Source of the DNA: an uncultured Candidatus Rokubacteria bacterium
GTDB lineage: Bacteria; Methylomirabilota; Methylomirabilia; Rokubacteriales; DASRDR01
Length of the DNA: 64,000 nt
Direction: 5' to 3'
Assembly: GCA_963826115.1 (NCBI GenBank)
Contig: CAWGVS010000011.1
Coordinates: 1 to 64,000, forward strand
Made by a program: the position numbers and the translations under genes. Shown here piece by piece: positions 1-12,482 of the stretch. The notes under the pieces are model-generated. The model was not told the DNA's origin. It ran no database searches and was given only the letters and a program-made list of their open reading frames with translations. Position 1 is the stretch's first letter. Every line of letters starts with the position of its first letter.

Positions 1-339
1 CGCGTTCCCGGGATCGGCCTCGCGCAAGGCGTCGATCCGTCCCTTGGCCGCCGCCGACAGGGCGGGATTCAGCGGTCCGTAGTTCGATCCGCTGGACGCG
101 CCGGCGTTGTAGGCGAACGGCGCCGTGGCCGACAGGCGCCCCCAGAAGTACTTGGGATCGTCGAACGGCTGGCCGATCAGGCTCGACCCCACCACCTTGC
201 CGTCCCGGAGGATCAGGCTCCCGTTGGCCTGGCTCGGGAAGATGGCCTGGGCGATGCCGGTCACCACGAGTGGGTAGGCCACGCCGGTGACGAGGGTCAG
301 GAGCAGCAGGATCATGACCGCCGGTCTGAGCTGGTCCAT
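1..339 (-). CDS. kdpC: K+-transporting ATPase subunit C (3' end runs off the window)
   Basis: Manual translation [42 protein letters not shown]...[20 protein letters not shown]...SSGSNYGP is typical KdpC; directly downstream of kdpB. Confidence 0.95.
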   Translation of the reverse strand, partial: MDQLRPAVMILLLLTLVTGVAYPLVVTGIAQAIFPSQANGSLILRDGKVVGSSLIGQPFDDPKYFWGRLSATAPFAYNAGASSGSNYGPLNPALSAAAKGRIDALREADPGNA

Positions 340-358
340 GGTCGTCAATCTCCTCTCG

Positions 359-2431
<2,073 letters not shown>

Positions 2432-2449
2432 GGTAGTCGGCCTCCGTCG

Positions 2450-4258
2450 CTACGGCTTCACGCCAGTGATCACGAGATGCTCGACGATCGGTCCCAGCGC
2501 GAGCGCCGGGATGAACGTGAGCGCCCCCACGAGGACGACCACCCCGATCAGGAATCCGATGAAGAGGGGGGTGTGCGTGGGCAGCGTGCCGAGCCCGGGC
2601 GGCACCGTCTTCTTGCGCGCCAGCGAGCCCGCGATCGCCAGCGTCGGGATCGCCAGCCAGTATCGGCCGAACAACATCGCGAAGCCGAGCGCCGTGTTGT
2701 AGAAGGGCGTATTGGCCCCGAGTCCGGCGAAGGCGCTGCCATTGTTGTTGCCCGCCGACGAGAACGCGTAGAGCACCTCGCTGAAGCCGTGCGCGCCGGG
2801 GTTGAAGATGGTGGCGATGCCCCCCGGGCTCACCACGCCGATCGCGGTACCGATGGTGACGATTGCCGGCGGGATGAGGATCACGAGCGAGGCCATCTTC
2901 ATCTCGTAGGCCTCGATCTTCTTCCCGAGGTACTCGGGGGTCCGCCCGACCATGAGGCCCGCCACAAAGACGGCGATGATGGCGAAGACCACCATGCCGT
3001 AGAGACCGGAGCCCACGCCGCCGTAGATCACCTCGCCGAGCTGGATCAGCCACATCGGCACGAGCCCGCCGATCGGCGTGAAGGAGTCGTGCATCGAGTT
3101 CACGGAACCGTTCGAGGCGGAGGTCGTCGCGGTCGCCCACAGGGCGGAGTTCGCGATTCCGAACCGGACCTCCTTGCCTTCCATGTTCCCACCCGACTGG
3201 AGGTCGCTGGCCTGGTGGTCGACGCCGAGCGACGCCAGCGTCCAGCCGCGCTGCTCGGCCACGACGCAGACCGTCAGCAGGACCACGAAGACCACCGTCA
3301 TCGCGGCCAGGATCGCCCAGCCCTGGCGGGTGTCCCCGACCATGACCCCGAAGGTGTAGCAGAGCGCCGCGGAGATCAGGAGGATGGACAGGAGCTCGAG
3401 GAAATTCGAGAGCGGCGTCGCGTTCTCGAACGGATGGGCGGAGTTCACGTTGAAGAACCCGCCGCCGTTGGTGCCGAGCTGCTTGATCGCGATCTGCGAC
3501 GCGGCGGGGCCCACCGCCAGGACCTGCTCGCTCAGGGTCGCCTTCGCCATCTTGGGCTGGCCCTTGTCGTCGAGGACCGGCTTGCCGTCCTTGTCCGTCT
3601 CCGACGCCTCGTACTGGGTGGGCTGGACGACCGTGACCTTCGCGGACTCGCCGAAGGTCTGGACCACGCCCTGGGAGACCAGGATGAGCGCCAGCACGAA
3701 CGAGAGGGGCAGCAGGATGTAGAGCGTCGTCCGCGTGAGATCGACCCAGAAGTTGCCGATGGTCTCGGCCGAGCGGCGGGAGAAGCCGCGGATGAACGCG
3801 GCCAGCGTGGCCATCCCGGCCGCGGCCGATACGAAGTTCTGGACGGTCAGACCCAGCATCTGGCTGAGGTAGCTCATCGTCGTCTCGCCGCCGTATCCCT
3901 GCCAGTTGGTATTGGTCGCGAAGCTGACGGCGGTGTTGAACGAGGAGTCGGGCGTGACTGCGCCGAGGCCCTGCGGATTCAACGGCAGGACGCCCTGCAG
4001 ACGCTGGAGCAGGTACACGACCAGCAAGCCCGAGAAATTGAAGAGCAGCATCGCGAAGGCGTAGGTCTTCCACCCCATCTCCCGGTCGGGCCGAACGCCC
4101 GCGACCCGGTAGATCAGGCGCTCGAGCCACCCGAGCAGCCGATCCAGGCCGATCGCCCGCCCCTCGTAGACGCGTGCCATGTACCCACCGAGAGGCTTGG
4201 CCAGGCCGATGAGGACGATCAGGTAGAGGCCGAGCTGCACGTACCCGTTGGTGGTCAC
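2450..4258 (-). CDS. kdpA: K+-transporting ATPase subunit A
   Basis: [30 protein letters not shown] and NNGSAFAG selectivity-filter motifs. Confidence 0.98.
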   Translation of the reverse strand: MTTNGYVQLGLYLIVLIGLAKPLGGYMARVYEGRAIGLDRLLGWLERLIYRVAGVRPDREMGWKTYAFAMLLFNFSGLLVVYLLQRLQGVLPLNPQGLGAVTPDSSFNTAVSFATNTNWQGYGGETTMSYLSQMLGLTVQNFVSAAAGMATLAAFIRGFSRRSAETIGNFWVDLTRTTLYILLPLSFVLALILVSQGVVQTFGESAKVTVVQPTQYEASETDKDGKPVLDDKGQPKMAKATLSEQVLAVGPAASQIAIKQLGTNGGGFFNVNSAHPFENATPLSNFLELLSILLISAALCYTFGVMVGDTRQGWAILAAMTVVFVVLLTVCVVAEQRGWTLASLGVDHQASDLQSGGNMEGKEVRFGIANSALWATATTSASNGSVNSMHDSFTPIGGLVPMWLIQLGEVIYGGVGSGLYGMVVFAIIAVFVAGLMVGRTPEYLGKKIEAYEMKMASLVILIPPAIVTIGTAIGVVSPGGIATIFNPGAHGFSEVLYAFSSAGNNNGSAFAGLGANTPFYNTALGFAMLFGRYWLAIPTLAIAGSLARKKTVPPGLGTLPTHTPLFIGFLIGVVVLVGALTFIPALALGPIVEHLVITGVKP

Positions 4259-4347
4259 GAGAACACCTCCGGCTTCAGAAGCGCGACCACGAGGTACACG
4301 AGGAGCCCGACCGCGACGAGGCCGCCGATCACGTAGAGAATGGGCAT
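4255..4347 (-). CDS. kdpF: K+-transporting ATPase subunit F (30 aa, not in ORF track)
   Basis: [30 protein letters not shown]; YLxxALLxPE KdpF signature; its TGA overlaps the kdpA GTG. Confidence 0.92.
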   Translation of the reverse strand: MPILYVIGGLVAVGLLVYLVVALLKPEVFS

Positions 4348-4359
4348 GTCAGCCTCCCG

Positions 4360-4443
4360 TTACAGCCGGTCGCAGAGCTCGACCAGCCCCCAGGACAGGG
4401 CCAGGAACCCGAGGGCGAGCCCGATGTAGAGAACGTCCAGCAT
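4360..4443 (-). CDS. Small kdp-associated membrane peptide (27 aa)
   Basis: MLDVLYIGLALGFLALSWGLVELCDRL; single hydrophobic helix; GAAGGAGG RBS upstream; first ORF of the kdp operon. Confidence 0.75.
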   Translation of the reverse strand: MLDVLYIGLALGFLALSWGLVELCDRL

Positions 4444-4509
4444 GGTCATGCCTCCTTCGGCACGCGTGGCGCGCGTGGCTGACACATGAAGAGACCCGCC
4501 CCGGCAAGC

Positions 4510-4524
4510 GCAAGGCCCGTGCCA
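4510..4524 (-). promoter_or_regulatory. sigma54 (-24/-12) promoter of the kdp operon
   Basis: Minus strand reads TGGCACGGGCCTTGC, matching TGGCAC-N5-TTGC, about 65 nt upstream of the first kdp ORF. Confidence 0.7.
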
Positions 4525-4676
4525 CGCCTCGATCACGTAAAACTGGTAGACAGATCGCGGGCAGGCACCGCCGCGGTCTTGCGCCAGCCGCTTCGGTGTG
4601 GCGCCGACGCCCCAGCTCAGGATGTGCATCGCGACAGTCGTCATGTGAGTACGCCCGATGGCTCTCAGGCCACGGC

Positions 4677-5669
4677 TCAGTACGTGAAGACCAGGCCGAC
4701 GGTGCCGATGAGCTGGACCTGGTCCCCGTCGTTGACGGCCTTGAGGTTGTCGCCCAAGTAGAGCACCTGGACGCCCCCCTTGATCAGCCACTTACCGAAC
4801 GCCGGCGGGATGAAGGCCAGCGGCACGGATGCAGTGACGCCGCCCGAGAAGTAGCCGAAGGTGTCGTCCGAGCCGGTGCCGAACTCGTAGTAGTCGCTCA
4901 AGCTCAGGCCCACCGAGAGGGGAACGGAGACGGACAGCGGGTACGTGGACTCGGCGAAGAAGGTGTAACCGGGGGCGATGCCGATCTGGGCGTAGACGCC
5001 CTTCTGGCTGCCCGCGTCGGCCTGGCCGTCGAGCTCGAAGGCGACGAGGAAGCTCGGATTCAGGGCGAAGGGGCCGAGGAGCTTCGCGTCGTTATACCCG
5101 ACCCCGAAGGCGATCTCCTGGACCGTGCCGAACGCGCCGCTGGGGCTCGTGTACGCCGTGTAGAGCGCATACGTCGTGAGGTCCTCCCAGAGCACGGCGG
5201 AGAGCCGGACGTACCCGTCGAACTCGAACCACGCCTTCGGATCGGAGGCGATCGGGCTCTCGGAGGTGGGCCCCGTGTGGATGCTGTTCCAGACTCCCGG
5301 CGTCAGCGATAGAGAGGTGAGGGCTCCCGCGCTCTCCACGAGCTTGAACGAGACCTCGCCATAGGGCTGGAAGATCAGGTCCTCCGTCTCCTGCTTGATG
5401 CCCCGGAAGAAGTAGGCCGTTGTCCAGTCCACTCCCGCATTGATCGATACCCGCCCCGTATTGGGGCCCTTGGCCTCCTCGGCCGGCTTCGCCTCCGGGG
5501 CCGGGGCCACCGGGGACGTCGGGGCCGGCGTCGTCTGGGCAAAGGCGGGCGCTGCGGCCAACGCAACGCTCAGGGCCAGGGCCGCGGAGGCGGCTAGCCA
5601 GCGTCTCGCCGGCCGGCTGAATCGCGGCCTGCGTGAGGAGGTCCTCTCTTCCGGATCGCGTGTTGCCAT
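4677..5669 (-). CDS. Putative outer-membrane beta-barrel protein (TorF/TIGR02001-like)
   Basis: Signal peptide (..AAAPAFAQ), 'TAYFFRGIKQ' resembling the SxYxFRG motif, amphipathic strands, C-terminal aromatic (VFTY). Confidence 0.65.
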   Translation of the reverse strand: MATRDPEERTSSRRPRFSRPARRWLAASAALALSVALAAAPAFAQTTPAPTSPVAPAPEAKPAEEAKGPNTGRVSINAGVDWTTAYFFRGIKQETEDLIFQPYGEVSFKLVESAGALTSLSLTPGVWNSIHTGPTSESPIASDPKAWFEFDGYVRLSAVLWEDLTTYALYTAYTSPSGAFGTVQEIAFGVGYNDAKLLGPFALNPSFLVAFELDGQADAGSQKGVYAQIGIAPGYTFFAESTYPLSVSVPLSVGLSLSDYYEFGTGSDDTFGYFSGGVTASVPLAFIPPAFGKWLIKGGVQVLYLGDNLKAVNDGDQVQLIGTVGLVFTY

Positions 5670-5713
5670 GGCGTTTCTCTCCTTGCCGTCGTCGACGCGG
5701 TGCGCTGCCTGGA

Positions 5714-6487
5714 TCACAGGACGTGGACCTCGCCGTCGCTGAGCACCCGCACGCGACCGTCGAGTCGGGCGAGCTCGTTCACGGTCTCGTCGTGGAACAT
5801 GGGCTTGATGTGGTAGACCCAGACCGGGCACGGAGGCATCTTGTCGAGCTCCCGGGCCAGGAGCCTCGGGGTCAGGTGGCCCGAGACCTCCGCGAGTGCC
5901 TCGAGGCGATCCGGGAACGACGTCTCCACGACGATCGCCCGGACGTGGCCCATCTCGCGCGCCAGGGCCCACAGCTGCTCCGTCGGCCCCGTGTCCCCCG
6001 AGAAGACGAGGACACCCGCCCCGTCGTGCACGATGAAGCCCGTTGTCGGCACCGTGTGGTGGACCGGGACGGGAATGACGGTGAGGCGGTGGCCGATGGG
6101 CTGCGGCACCCCCGGTTGGAGCGCTCGCAGGCGAACGACCGGATTTCGCGCCGTCGGGATGACCGAGAAGTCCGGCCAGAGCCGGTCATTGAAGAGGTGC
6201 TGGCGCAGGTCGTCCATCACCGGGGGAATCGAGCACACGGTGAGCCCCTGATCGTCGCCGGAGCTCGCCCGCGCGCAGCAGTGGTTGTCCGCGAGGTAGG
6301 CGAGCCCGCCCGTGTGGTCGAGATGAGCATGGGACAGGAGCACGTGTCGGATCTCGAGCTGCTCGCCGAGCTCGAGGGTCGACGTGACCGACCCCGCCTC
6401 GAGGAGAACCGTACCGTCGAGCAGGAGACCGGGAAGATGCCGCTTCGGCGCGGATCCGCCCTGGCAGCCGAGCACCCTGAGTTCCAT
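5714..6487 (-). CDS. MBL-fold 3',5'-cyclic nucleotide phosphodiesterase (class II-like)
   Basis: LRVLGCQGG start, SHAHLDH metal motif, HLFNDRLWPDF, SGDTGPT, SGHLTP, YHIKP. Confidence 0.8.
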   Translation of the reverse strand: MELRVLGCQGGSAPKRHLPGLLLDGTVLLEAGSVTSTLELGEQLEIRHVLLSHAHLDHTGGLAYLADNHCCARASSGDDQGLTVCSIPPVMDDLRQHLFNDRLWPDFSVIPTARNPVVRLRALQPGVPQPIGHRLTVIPVPVHHTVPTTGFIVHDGAGVLVFSGDTGPTEQLWALAREMGHVRAIVVETSFPDRLEALAEVSGHLTPRLLARELDKMPPCPVWVYHIKPMFHDETVNELARLDGRVRVLSDGEVHVL

Positions 6488-6661
6488 GGCAAGAACCATA
6501 GCGAGGGAAGGCGTCAAGGCGCGCTAGAGACTGGGGCCGGAAGGCTTAAGAACCCGTAAAGAATGGGCCGGCGGAAGCCAGGAGGAAGTGGGCCGCCGAG
6601 ACCGGTAGCGGGGGGCCACTGGGGCCCCGGCCGACCCCGATCCCGCGAGGAGGAGCGCGCG

Positions 6662-7423
6662 CTACTTCGGGGAGGGCGGCTCGGCGAGGCCGATCATCAG
6701 CGCGGCCACGGCGAGCGCCCGGCGCTGATCGAGACTGAGTCCCTCGGGATTTCCCTCCCAGAGATCGAGCACCAGCGTCTCGCGTCCCGGCAGCCGGAGC
6801 CGGCCGCCGCGCTCGGGAATCCGGAACCCCGAGCGCCCCAGCCGGTGCACGAGGACCTCCGAGCCGACCAACGTCGCGGAGTCGAGCTCGGTAGACGGAA
6901 CGGGGAGACTGGCCTGGCTCGCCGGCGCCGCGGCGACGAGACGCTCGTCGGCATGCCGGAGCACGAGGCCACCGAGCCCGAAGAAGCGCCGGAGCTCCTC
7001 CAGGATCTGCTCCACCGGCACACGGGCCGAGAGACTGGACGCCGTCCGGGCGAGGAGCTCCAGGTCCCCCCGGGCCTCCTCGACCTGGGCCGCCGTCCGG
7101 ACCCGTCGTTTCCCGAACGCGGATGCGATCAGCCCGCAGGCCATGAGCGCGACGAACGCGGCGATGTCACCAGACTTGTCGATCTCCAGCGACAGGTAGG
7201 GCTCCGTCAGGAAGAAGTTGAGGCTCAAGGCCGAGATCACCGCCGTCCCCACGCCTGGACCCCGGCCGCCCATCTCGGCGACCACGATCGTCAACGCGAT
7301 GAAGATGAACGCGAGGTTGGACGCCGTCACCGTGGTCCGCAGGGGTATGAGGACGATCCCGAGCGCGATGGCTGCCGTCACGCCGATGACAAACCACACG
7401 GATCCCCGGTCATTCCCGCCCAT
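6662..7423 (-). CDS. DUF4118 (KdpD transmembrane sensor-like) protein without a kinase domain
   Basis: Four TM helices with LNFFLTEPYLSLEI (KdpD 'FFxxPxxxxxI' signature) followed by a short cytoplasmic domain; no H-box. Confidence 0.75.
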   Translation of the reverse strand: MGGNDRGSVWFVIGVTAAIALGIVLIPLRTTVTASNLAFIFIALTIVVAEMGGRGPGVGTAVISALSLNFFLTEPYLSLEIDKSGDIAAFVALMACGLIASAFGKRRVRTAAQVEEARGDLELLARTASSLSARVPVEQILEELRRFFGLGGLVLRHADERLVAAAPASQASLPVPSTELDSATLVGSEVLVHRLGRSGFRIPERGGRLRLPGRETLVLDLWEGNPEGLSLDQRRALAVAALMIGLAEPPSPK

Positions 7424-7536
7424 GATCCACCTCGATCCCGGTGAGCATGTTCATCGGCGTTACCTTGTGCGCTTCATCGGCGGGCCTGTCAAGTGAGGGT
7501 CCGGACGGCAGGCAGTTCGGGTCGAGCTCGAGCGCA

Positions 7537-8394
7537 CTACCCCTTGACGCTGCCGGCGGTGAGGCCCTCGACCATGTAGCGCTGGAGATAGACGTAGGCG
7601 GCGATGACGGGCAGGGTCGTCAGCACGGCGCCCGCCATCAGGTACCCCCAGCCGTACACGTCGCCGGTGATGAAGCTCGAGAGCCCGACCGGAAGTGTCC
7701 GGAGCTTGACGTTGGTGATGAACACGAGCGCGTAGAGGAACTCGTTCCAGCACTGGGTGAACGCGTACAGCGCGGCGGCCAGGAGCCCCGGCGCGGCCAG
7801 CGGCAGCACGATCCGACGGAACGCGCCGAACCGCGTGGCGCCGTCGATCATCGCCGCCTCCTCGAGCTCCTCGGGGATCGACTCGAAGTAGCCCATGAGG
7901 AGCCAGGTCACGAAGGGGACGGTGAAGCTCGGGTACGCGACGATGAGCCCGGTCAGGCTGTCGGCCAGCCCGAGATTGCGGATCTGCGCGTACAGCGGGA
8001 TGAAGAGGATCGACGGTGGCACGAGATAGGTGATCAGCACGGCGCTGGCCATGAACGCGCGTCCGAGGAAGCGGAGGCGGGCGAGCGCGTAGGCGCCGAT
8101 CGTCCCGATGGCGGTGGCCAGGAACGTGCTGCTCACCGACACCACGATGCTGTTGCGGTACCAGCTGAGAAACTCCGTCTTCTCGAGGAGGTGTCCGTAA
8201 TTGTCGCGGACGAACGGGCTCGGCCAGAACATCGACGCGAGGCTCCGCATCTGGGTCTCGCCCTTGAACGACGTGATCGTCATCCAGAAGAACGGGAAGA
8301 GGACGATCAGGAGAAGCGTCACCAGGATCGCGTAGGCGACCGCGGACTGCAGGCGCTCGCGGGCGGCCCGGCCCGGGCCGCCGACCGTCGTCAT
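7537..8394 (-). CDS. Carbohydrate ABC transporter permease (MalG-like)
   Basis: EAA motif ELEEAAMIDGAT, WNEFLYAL; start approximate. Confidence 0.9.
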   Translation of the reverse strand: MTTVGGPGRAARERLQSAVAYAILVTLLLIVLFPFFWMTITSFKGETQMRSLASMFWPSPFVRDNYGHLLEKTEFLSWYRNSIVVSVSSTFLATAIGTIGAYALARLRFLGRAFMASAVLITYLVPPSILFIPLYAQIRNLGLADSLTGLIVAYPSFTVPFVTWLLMGYFESIPEELEEAAMIDGATRFGAFRRIVLPLAAPGLLAAALYAFTQCWNEFLYALVFITNVKLRTLPVGLSSFITGDVYGWGYLMAGAVLTTLPVIAAYVYLQRYMVEGLTAGSVKG

Positions 8395-8411
8395 GGCGCC
8401 GCCCCCGGCGC

Positions 8412-9371
8412 TCACCGCGTCCGGCCCCGGCGCATGTAGCGCGCCAGCACGACGATGACGAACGCCAGCGCCGGGAGGGCGTACAGCGCGACCGCGATGG
8501 CCTCACCGAGCCGCTGCGCCCCGAACGCGATCTCGTACGTCAGCACCGGGAGCACCTGGGTGGCGCCGCCCGGCCCGCCCTTGGTCAGGATGTAGATGAT
8601 CGCGAAGTCGTTGAAGGTCCAGATCGTCGACAGGAGCACGACGATGATCACGATGTTCCGGATGCCGGGCAGGGTGACGTGGCGGAACCGCTGCACCGCC
8701 GTGGCCCCGTCGACCGCGGCCGCCTCGTAGAGCTCGGCGGGGACCGCCTTCATGCCGGCGAGGAAGGTGATCCCGAAGAACGGGAAGCCGCGCCATACGT
8801 TGACGCCGATCACCGACGCCATCGCGGTGCCGGGCTCGCTCAGCCAGCCCACGCCCTGGGGCAGGATGCGAAACACGCGCACCAGGAGGTAGTTCAGCAC
8901 GCCGAGGCTGTAGTCGAAGATCCAGAGGAAGTTGAGGGCCGAGACCACCGTGGGCGCGACCCAGGGGATCAGGAGCACCCCGGTCCAGAAGCCGCGCCAG
9001 CGGATGCGCGTCGTCAGCACCAGCGCCATCACCATGCCGAGGACGAGCTTCACGGCCACCGACCCGCCCGTGAACACGATGCTGTTCATCACCGCCCGCC
9101 GGAAGAAGCCGTCGGAGGTGAGCCGGATGTAGTTCTCCAGCCCGACGAAGACCGGCGGCATGCCGACGTACTTCCGGGTGAGGCTCAGGTACACGGCGTA
9201 GCAGAACGGGTAGGCCACCAGCGCCAGGACCAGGACGACGATCGGGAGGACGAACAGGAAGCCGAGGCGGTAGTCGGGCCCGAGCCACGACACGAGCGCG
9301 ACGCGCGGCCGCCGCGCGGATCGACCGAGCGCGGCTTCCTCGGTCGGAAGCCGCGCCGCAGTGGTCGACAC
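8412..9371 (-). CDS. Carbohydrate ABC transporter permease (MalF-like)
   Basis: FVGLENY, ELYEAAAVDGAT, GGPGGATQVL. Confidence 0.9.
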   Translation of the reverse strand: MSTTAARLPTEEAALGRSARRPRVALVSWLGPDYRLGFLFVLPIVVLVLALVAYPFCYAVYLSLTRKYVGMPPVFVGLENYIRLTSDGFFRRAVMNSIVFTGGSVAVKLVLGMVMALVLTTRIRWRGFWTGVLLIPWVAPTVVSALNFLWIFDYSLGVLNYLLVRVFRILPQGVGWLSEPGTAMASVIGVNVWRGFPFFGITFLAGMKAVPAELYEAAAVDGATAVQRFRHVTLPGIRNIVIIVVLLSTIWTFNDFAIIYILTKGGPGGATQVLPVLTYEIAFGAQRLGEAIAVALYALPALAFVIVVLARYMRRGRTR

Positions 9372-9389
9372 GTGAGCCCCGTCGACCTC

Positions 9390-10754
9390 CTAGCCTTTGC
9401 TGCGGATCTTGTAGATCTCTTCCACGCGGCCGTGGGCTTCCTTGAGCGCCGCCTCGGGGGACAGCCCGCCGACCACGACGCGCCCCGCCATGTCGGTCAG
9501 GATCTTCTGCCCCTGGACCTCGGCGGCCGCCGGGGTCATGGGGCCAGGGTGGCCGATGTTGACGCAGCGGAGGATGTTCTGGAGCATCGCGTCGAAGTTC
9601 GGGTCCGACTTCCAGTACGAGCTGTCCGCGCGGCCCTTGTACACGGGGCCGGCTTGGCCGATGGACACGTCGACGTACTCGGCGAAGCGCTTCTCGTCCT
9701 CCACCCAGCGGATCAGGTCCTCGGCCAGGTCCGCGCGCTGGCTCTTCTGGAAGATCGCCCAGTTGTAGCAGGAGGAGCCGACGAAGGAGCCTGCCGGCCC
9801 GCCCGGCGTCAGGATGCACAGGGTCTTGGGCGCGAGCTCGTGCTTCCGGTTCACCATGGCGTAATAGAGGCTGGCGCCGTTGTTCGTCGTGACCAGCTTG
9901 CCCGCCATGTAGGCCTCGTTGTTCGACACGTCCGTCCAGCCCATGACGCCGGGCGGCTGGATCTTGTGCTTCTGGATCGTGTCGACGGCGAACTGGAGCG
10001 CCGCCATGTTCTCCTTCAGATAGGTCGTGCCGAGAGCGGGCTTCCCATCCTTGTCCCACACGGCGCCGCCGTAGTCCCACAGGATGTTCTGCATGAAGCC
10101 GTCGCCGTCGTCCGAGCGGTTCAGGGTCTGCCCGAACCCCCAGAGATCCTTCGACGCATCCTGCGTCTTCTTCGCGAACTCGACGACGTCGGGGTCGTAG
10201 ACCTTCGGCGGCTTCAGCCCCTTGGCCTCCATGATGTCCTTGCGGACGAAGAACACGGTCGTCATCGAGTAGCGCGCCACCGCGAGGGACTTGCCCTCGA
10301 ACTTCATCAGGCGGTCGGCGAACGGCAGGAGCCCGCCGCGCGCCGAGGCGATCTCGCCGGCGACCTTGCTGACGTCGCGGAGAGCGGGCCGGTACCGCAT
10401 CGGCCCGTAGACGTTCATCTCGGCCAGGTCGGGCGGGTTGCCGGCCTCGATCGCCGCGACGAACTTCTGCTCCCGGTCGCCGAACGTTGCCCAGTCGAGC
10501 TCGATCTCGACGTTCCGCTCCTTCGCCCACGCCTCGATGTGCCGGGCGAGGACGTCGTTGGCGCCGGTCACGAAGCTCTTGAAGAGCCAGACGCGGAGCT
10601 TGGGCTTGGCCTGGGCGCTGGCCATCGAGCGGAGCGCGCCGAGGCCGGCGGCGGTGCCGCCCGTGACGACGGCGGCGCGACGGAGGAACTCGCGACGGGC
10701 GATCAGGCCTCCGTCGAGCTTCTCGGCCAGACTGCGCAGACGTGCGTCGGTCAT
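9390..10754 (-). CDS. Tat-exported extracellular solute-binding protein (family 1)
   Basis: ARREFLRR twin-arginine signal, AGNPPD motif; upstream of two permeases. Confidence 0.85.
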   Translation of the reverse strand: MTDARLRSLAEKLDGGLIARREFLRRAAVVTGGTAAGLGALRSMASAQAKPKLRVWLFKSFVTGANDVLARHIEAWAKERNVEIELDWATFGDREQKFVAAIEAGNPPDLAEMNVYGPMRYRPALRDVSKVAGEIASARGGLLPFADRLMKFEGKSLAVARYSMTTVFFVRKDIMEAKGLKPPKVYDPDVVEFAKKTQDASKDLWGFGQTLNRSDDGDGFMQNILWDYGGAVWDKDGKPALGTTYLKENMAALQFAVDTIQKHKIQPPGVMGWTDVSNNEAYMAGKLVTTNNGASLYYAMVNRKHELAPKTLCILTPGGPAGSFVGSSCYNWAIFQKSQRADLAEDLIRWVEDEKRFAEYVDVSIGQAGPVYKGRADSSYWKSDPNFDAMLQNILRCVNIGHPGPMTPAAAEVQGQKILTDMAGRVVVGGLSPEAALKEAHGRVEEIYKIRSKG

Positions 10755-10858
10755 GGTCGCCTCCCAGGTTCGCGGAGTGGTGAGGGTCGGTAAGGCGAGT
10801 CTAGGCGGGGGGCCGGAGGATGGTCAAGCCTTGACCGCCCGGTGGCGCCCGGAGGGCG

Positions 10859-12251
10859 TCAGGCGGGGCGCGTGCGGGTCCGGAGGTGGAAGCTCTTCGG
10901 GCGCGTCAGGTGGCCGAAGCCGAGATGCGAGAGCGAGCAGCCCTTGCCGCTGTCCTTGACCCCGACCCAGGGCAGGAGGGGGTCGAGGTAATCGCAGCGG
11001 TTCGCGTAGACGGTCCCCGCGTCCAGCTCGGACATGACGCGCGCGGCGCGGTCCATGTCCTGCGTCCACACCGACGCGGTGAGGCCGTACGGGCTGTCGT
11101 TCATGAGACGGACCGCCTCCGCGTCGTCCCGCACCGGCATGATCCCGACCGCCGGCCCGAACGTCTCCTCGGACATCACCCGCATCCCGTGGTGGACCTC
11201 GGTCAGGACGGCGGGCTCGCAGAAGAAGCCGCGGCCTCGCCAGGGCGCCCCGCCGGTCAGGACGCGCGCGCCGGCGGCCCGGGCTTCCGCCACGTGCTCC
11301 TCGACCAGGGCCGCGCCCTTCCGGTGCGCCAGCGGGCCCAGCGTGGTCGCGGGATCCTCGGGGTCGCCCATCCGGTACTGGCGGACGAGCGCCACCGCGG
11401 CCTCCACGAAGCGGTCATAGATCGGCCGGGCCACGTAGACGCGCTCGATGCCGCAGCAGCTCTGCCCGGCGTTGTAGAAGGCGCCGTCGACCACGTTCTC
11501 CACCGCGAAGTCGAAGTCGGCGTCCTCGCAGACGTACGCAGGGTCCTTGCCGCCGAGCTCCAGCCCCGCGTCGATGAAGCGGTGGGCGACCTCCCCGTAC
11601 ACCTCGCGACCGCCCGCGACCGAGCCGGTGAACGACACGTAGTCCACCTGGCCCCCGCGGATCAGCGCCGCCGGTCGACGCGTGGTCGAGCGTCACCGCC
11701 GCGACGAGCCCGGCCGGCACCCCGGTGCGGGCGAAGGCGTCCGCGAAGTGCCGACCGCAGAGGGGAGTGAGCCGGGCGTGCTTGACCAGGACCGCGTTTC
11801 CCGCGAGGAGCGCGGGCACGATCACGTTGACGGCGATCAGGAGCGGGTAGTTCCAGGCGGCGATGTCCAGCACCACGCCCAGCGGCTCGTGGCGGATGAA
11901 GCGCGTGAAGCCGTCCTTCGGCGGGAGCGGCTCGTCCGCCAGGGCCTGCTCCGCGATCCGGCACATGGTCTCGGCCCGATCGATCATCCCGTTGATCTCG
12001 TTCCGGGCCTGCTGGAGCGGCTTCCCCATCTGGCGGGTGATGTCGAGCGCGACCTGGTCGGCCATCGCCCGGAAGGCGGGCACCATCTGACCCACCGCGC
12101 GGACGCGCTCGGCCACCGGCACGCGGCGCCAGTCGCGCTGGGCCGCGCGGGCCCGGGCGACGACGGCGGCGAGCTCCGGGGGGGACGTGTAGGCGACCTC
12201 GGCGAGCGGCGCCTCCGTGGCGGGATTGATCAGCGTGTAGTGGGTCGACAC
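10859..12251 (-). CDS. Aldehyde dehydrogenase family protein, with an apparent 1-nt insertion near 11672
   Basis: N-half INPATE, AWNYP, GNAVLVKH in one frame; C-half FTGS, LELGGKDP, GQSCC, EETFGP in another. Removing one G restores LDHASTAALIRGGQVDYVSFTGS. Confidence 0.85.
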
Positions 12252-12482
12252 GGCGGGGAGCTTACCGCCGACGCGCCGGCGGCGGCAAGGCCCGCCGGTC
12301 GCACGGATGGATCCCGCGCCTTGCCGGCCCCGGGCCGCTTCGGTATGCTCTCGCGAGCATAGTTGCGTCGAGCGGACGGAAGGGCCGCGCGCAACGAGAG
12401 CGCGCGGAGCGTCGCGCCGCGCATCTGGTACCATCGTGTCGCGGCGGGCCGCACCGAGGCGGCATGCCCCAGGGGGAGACGC

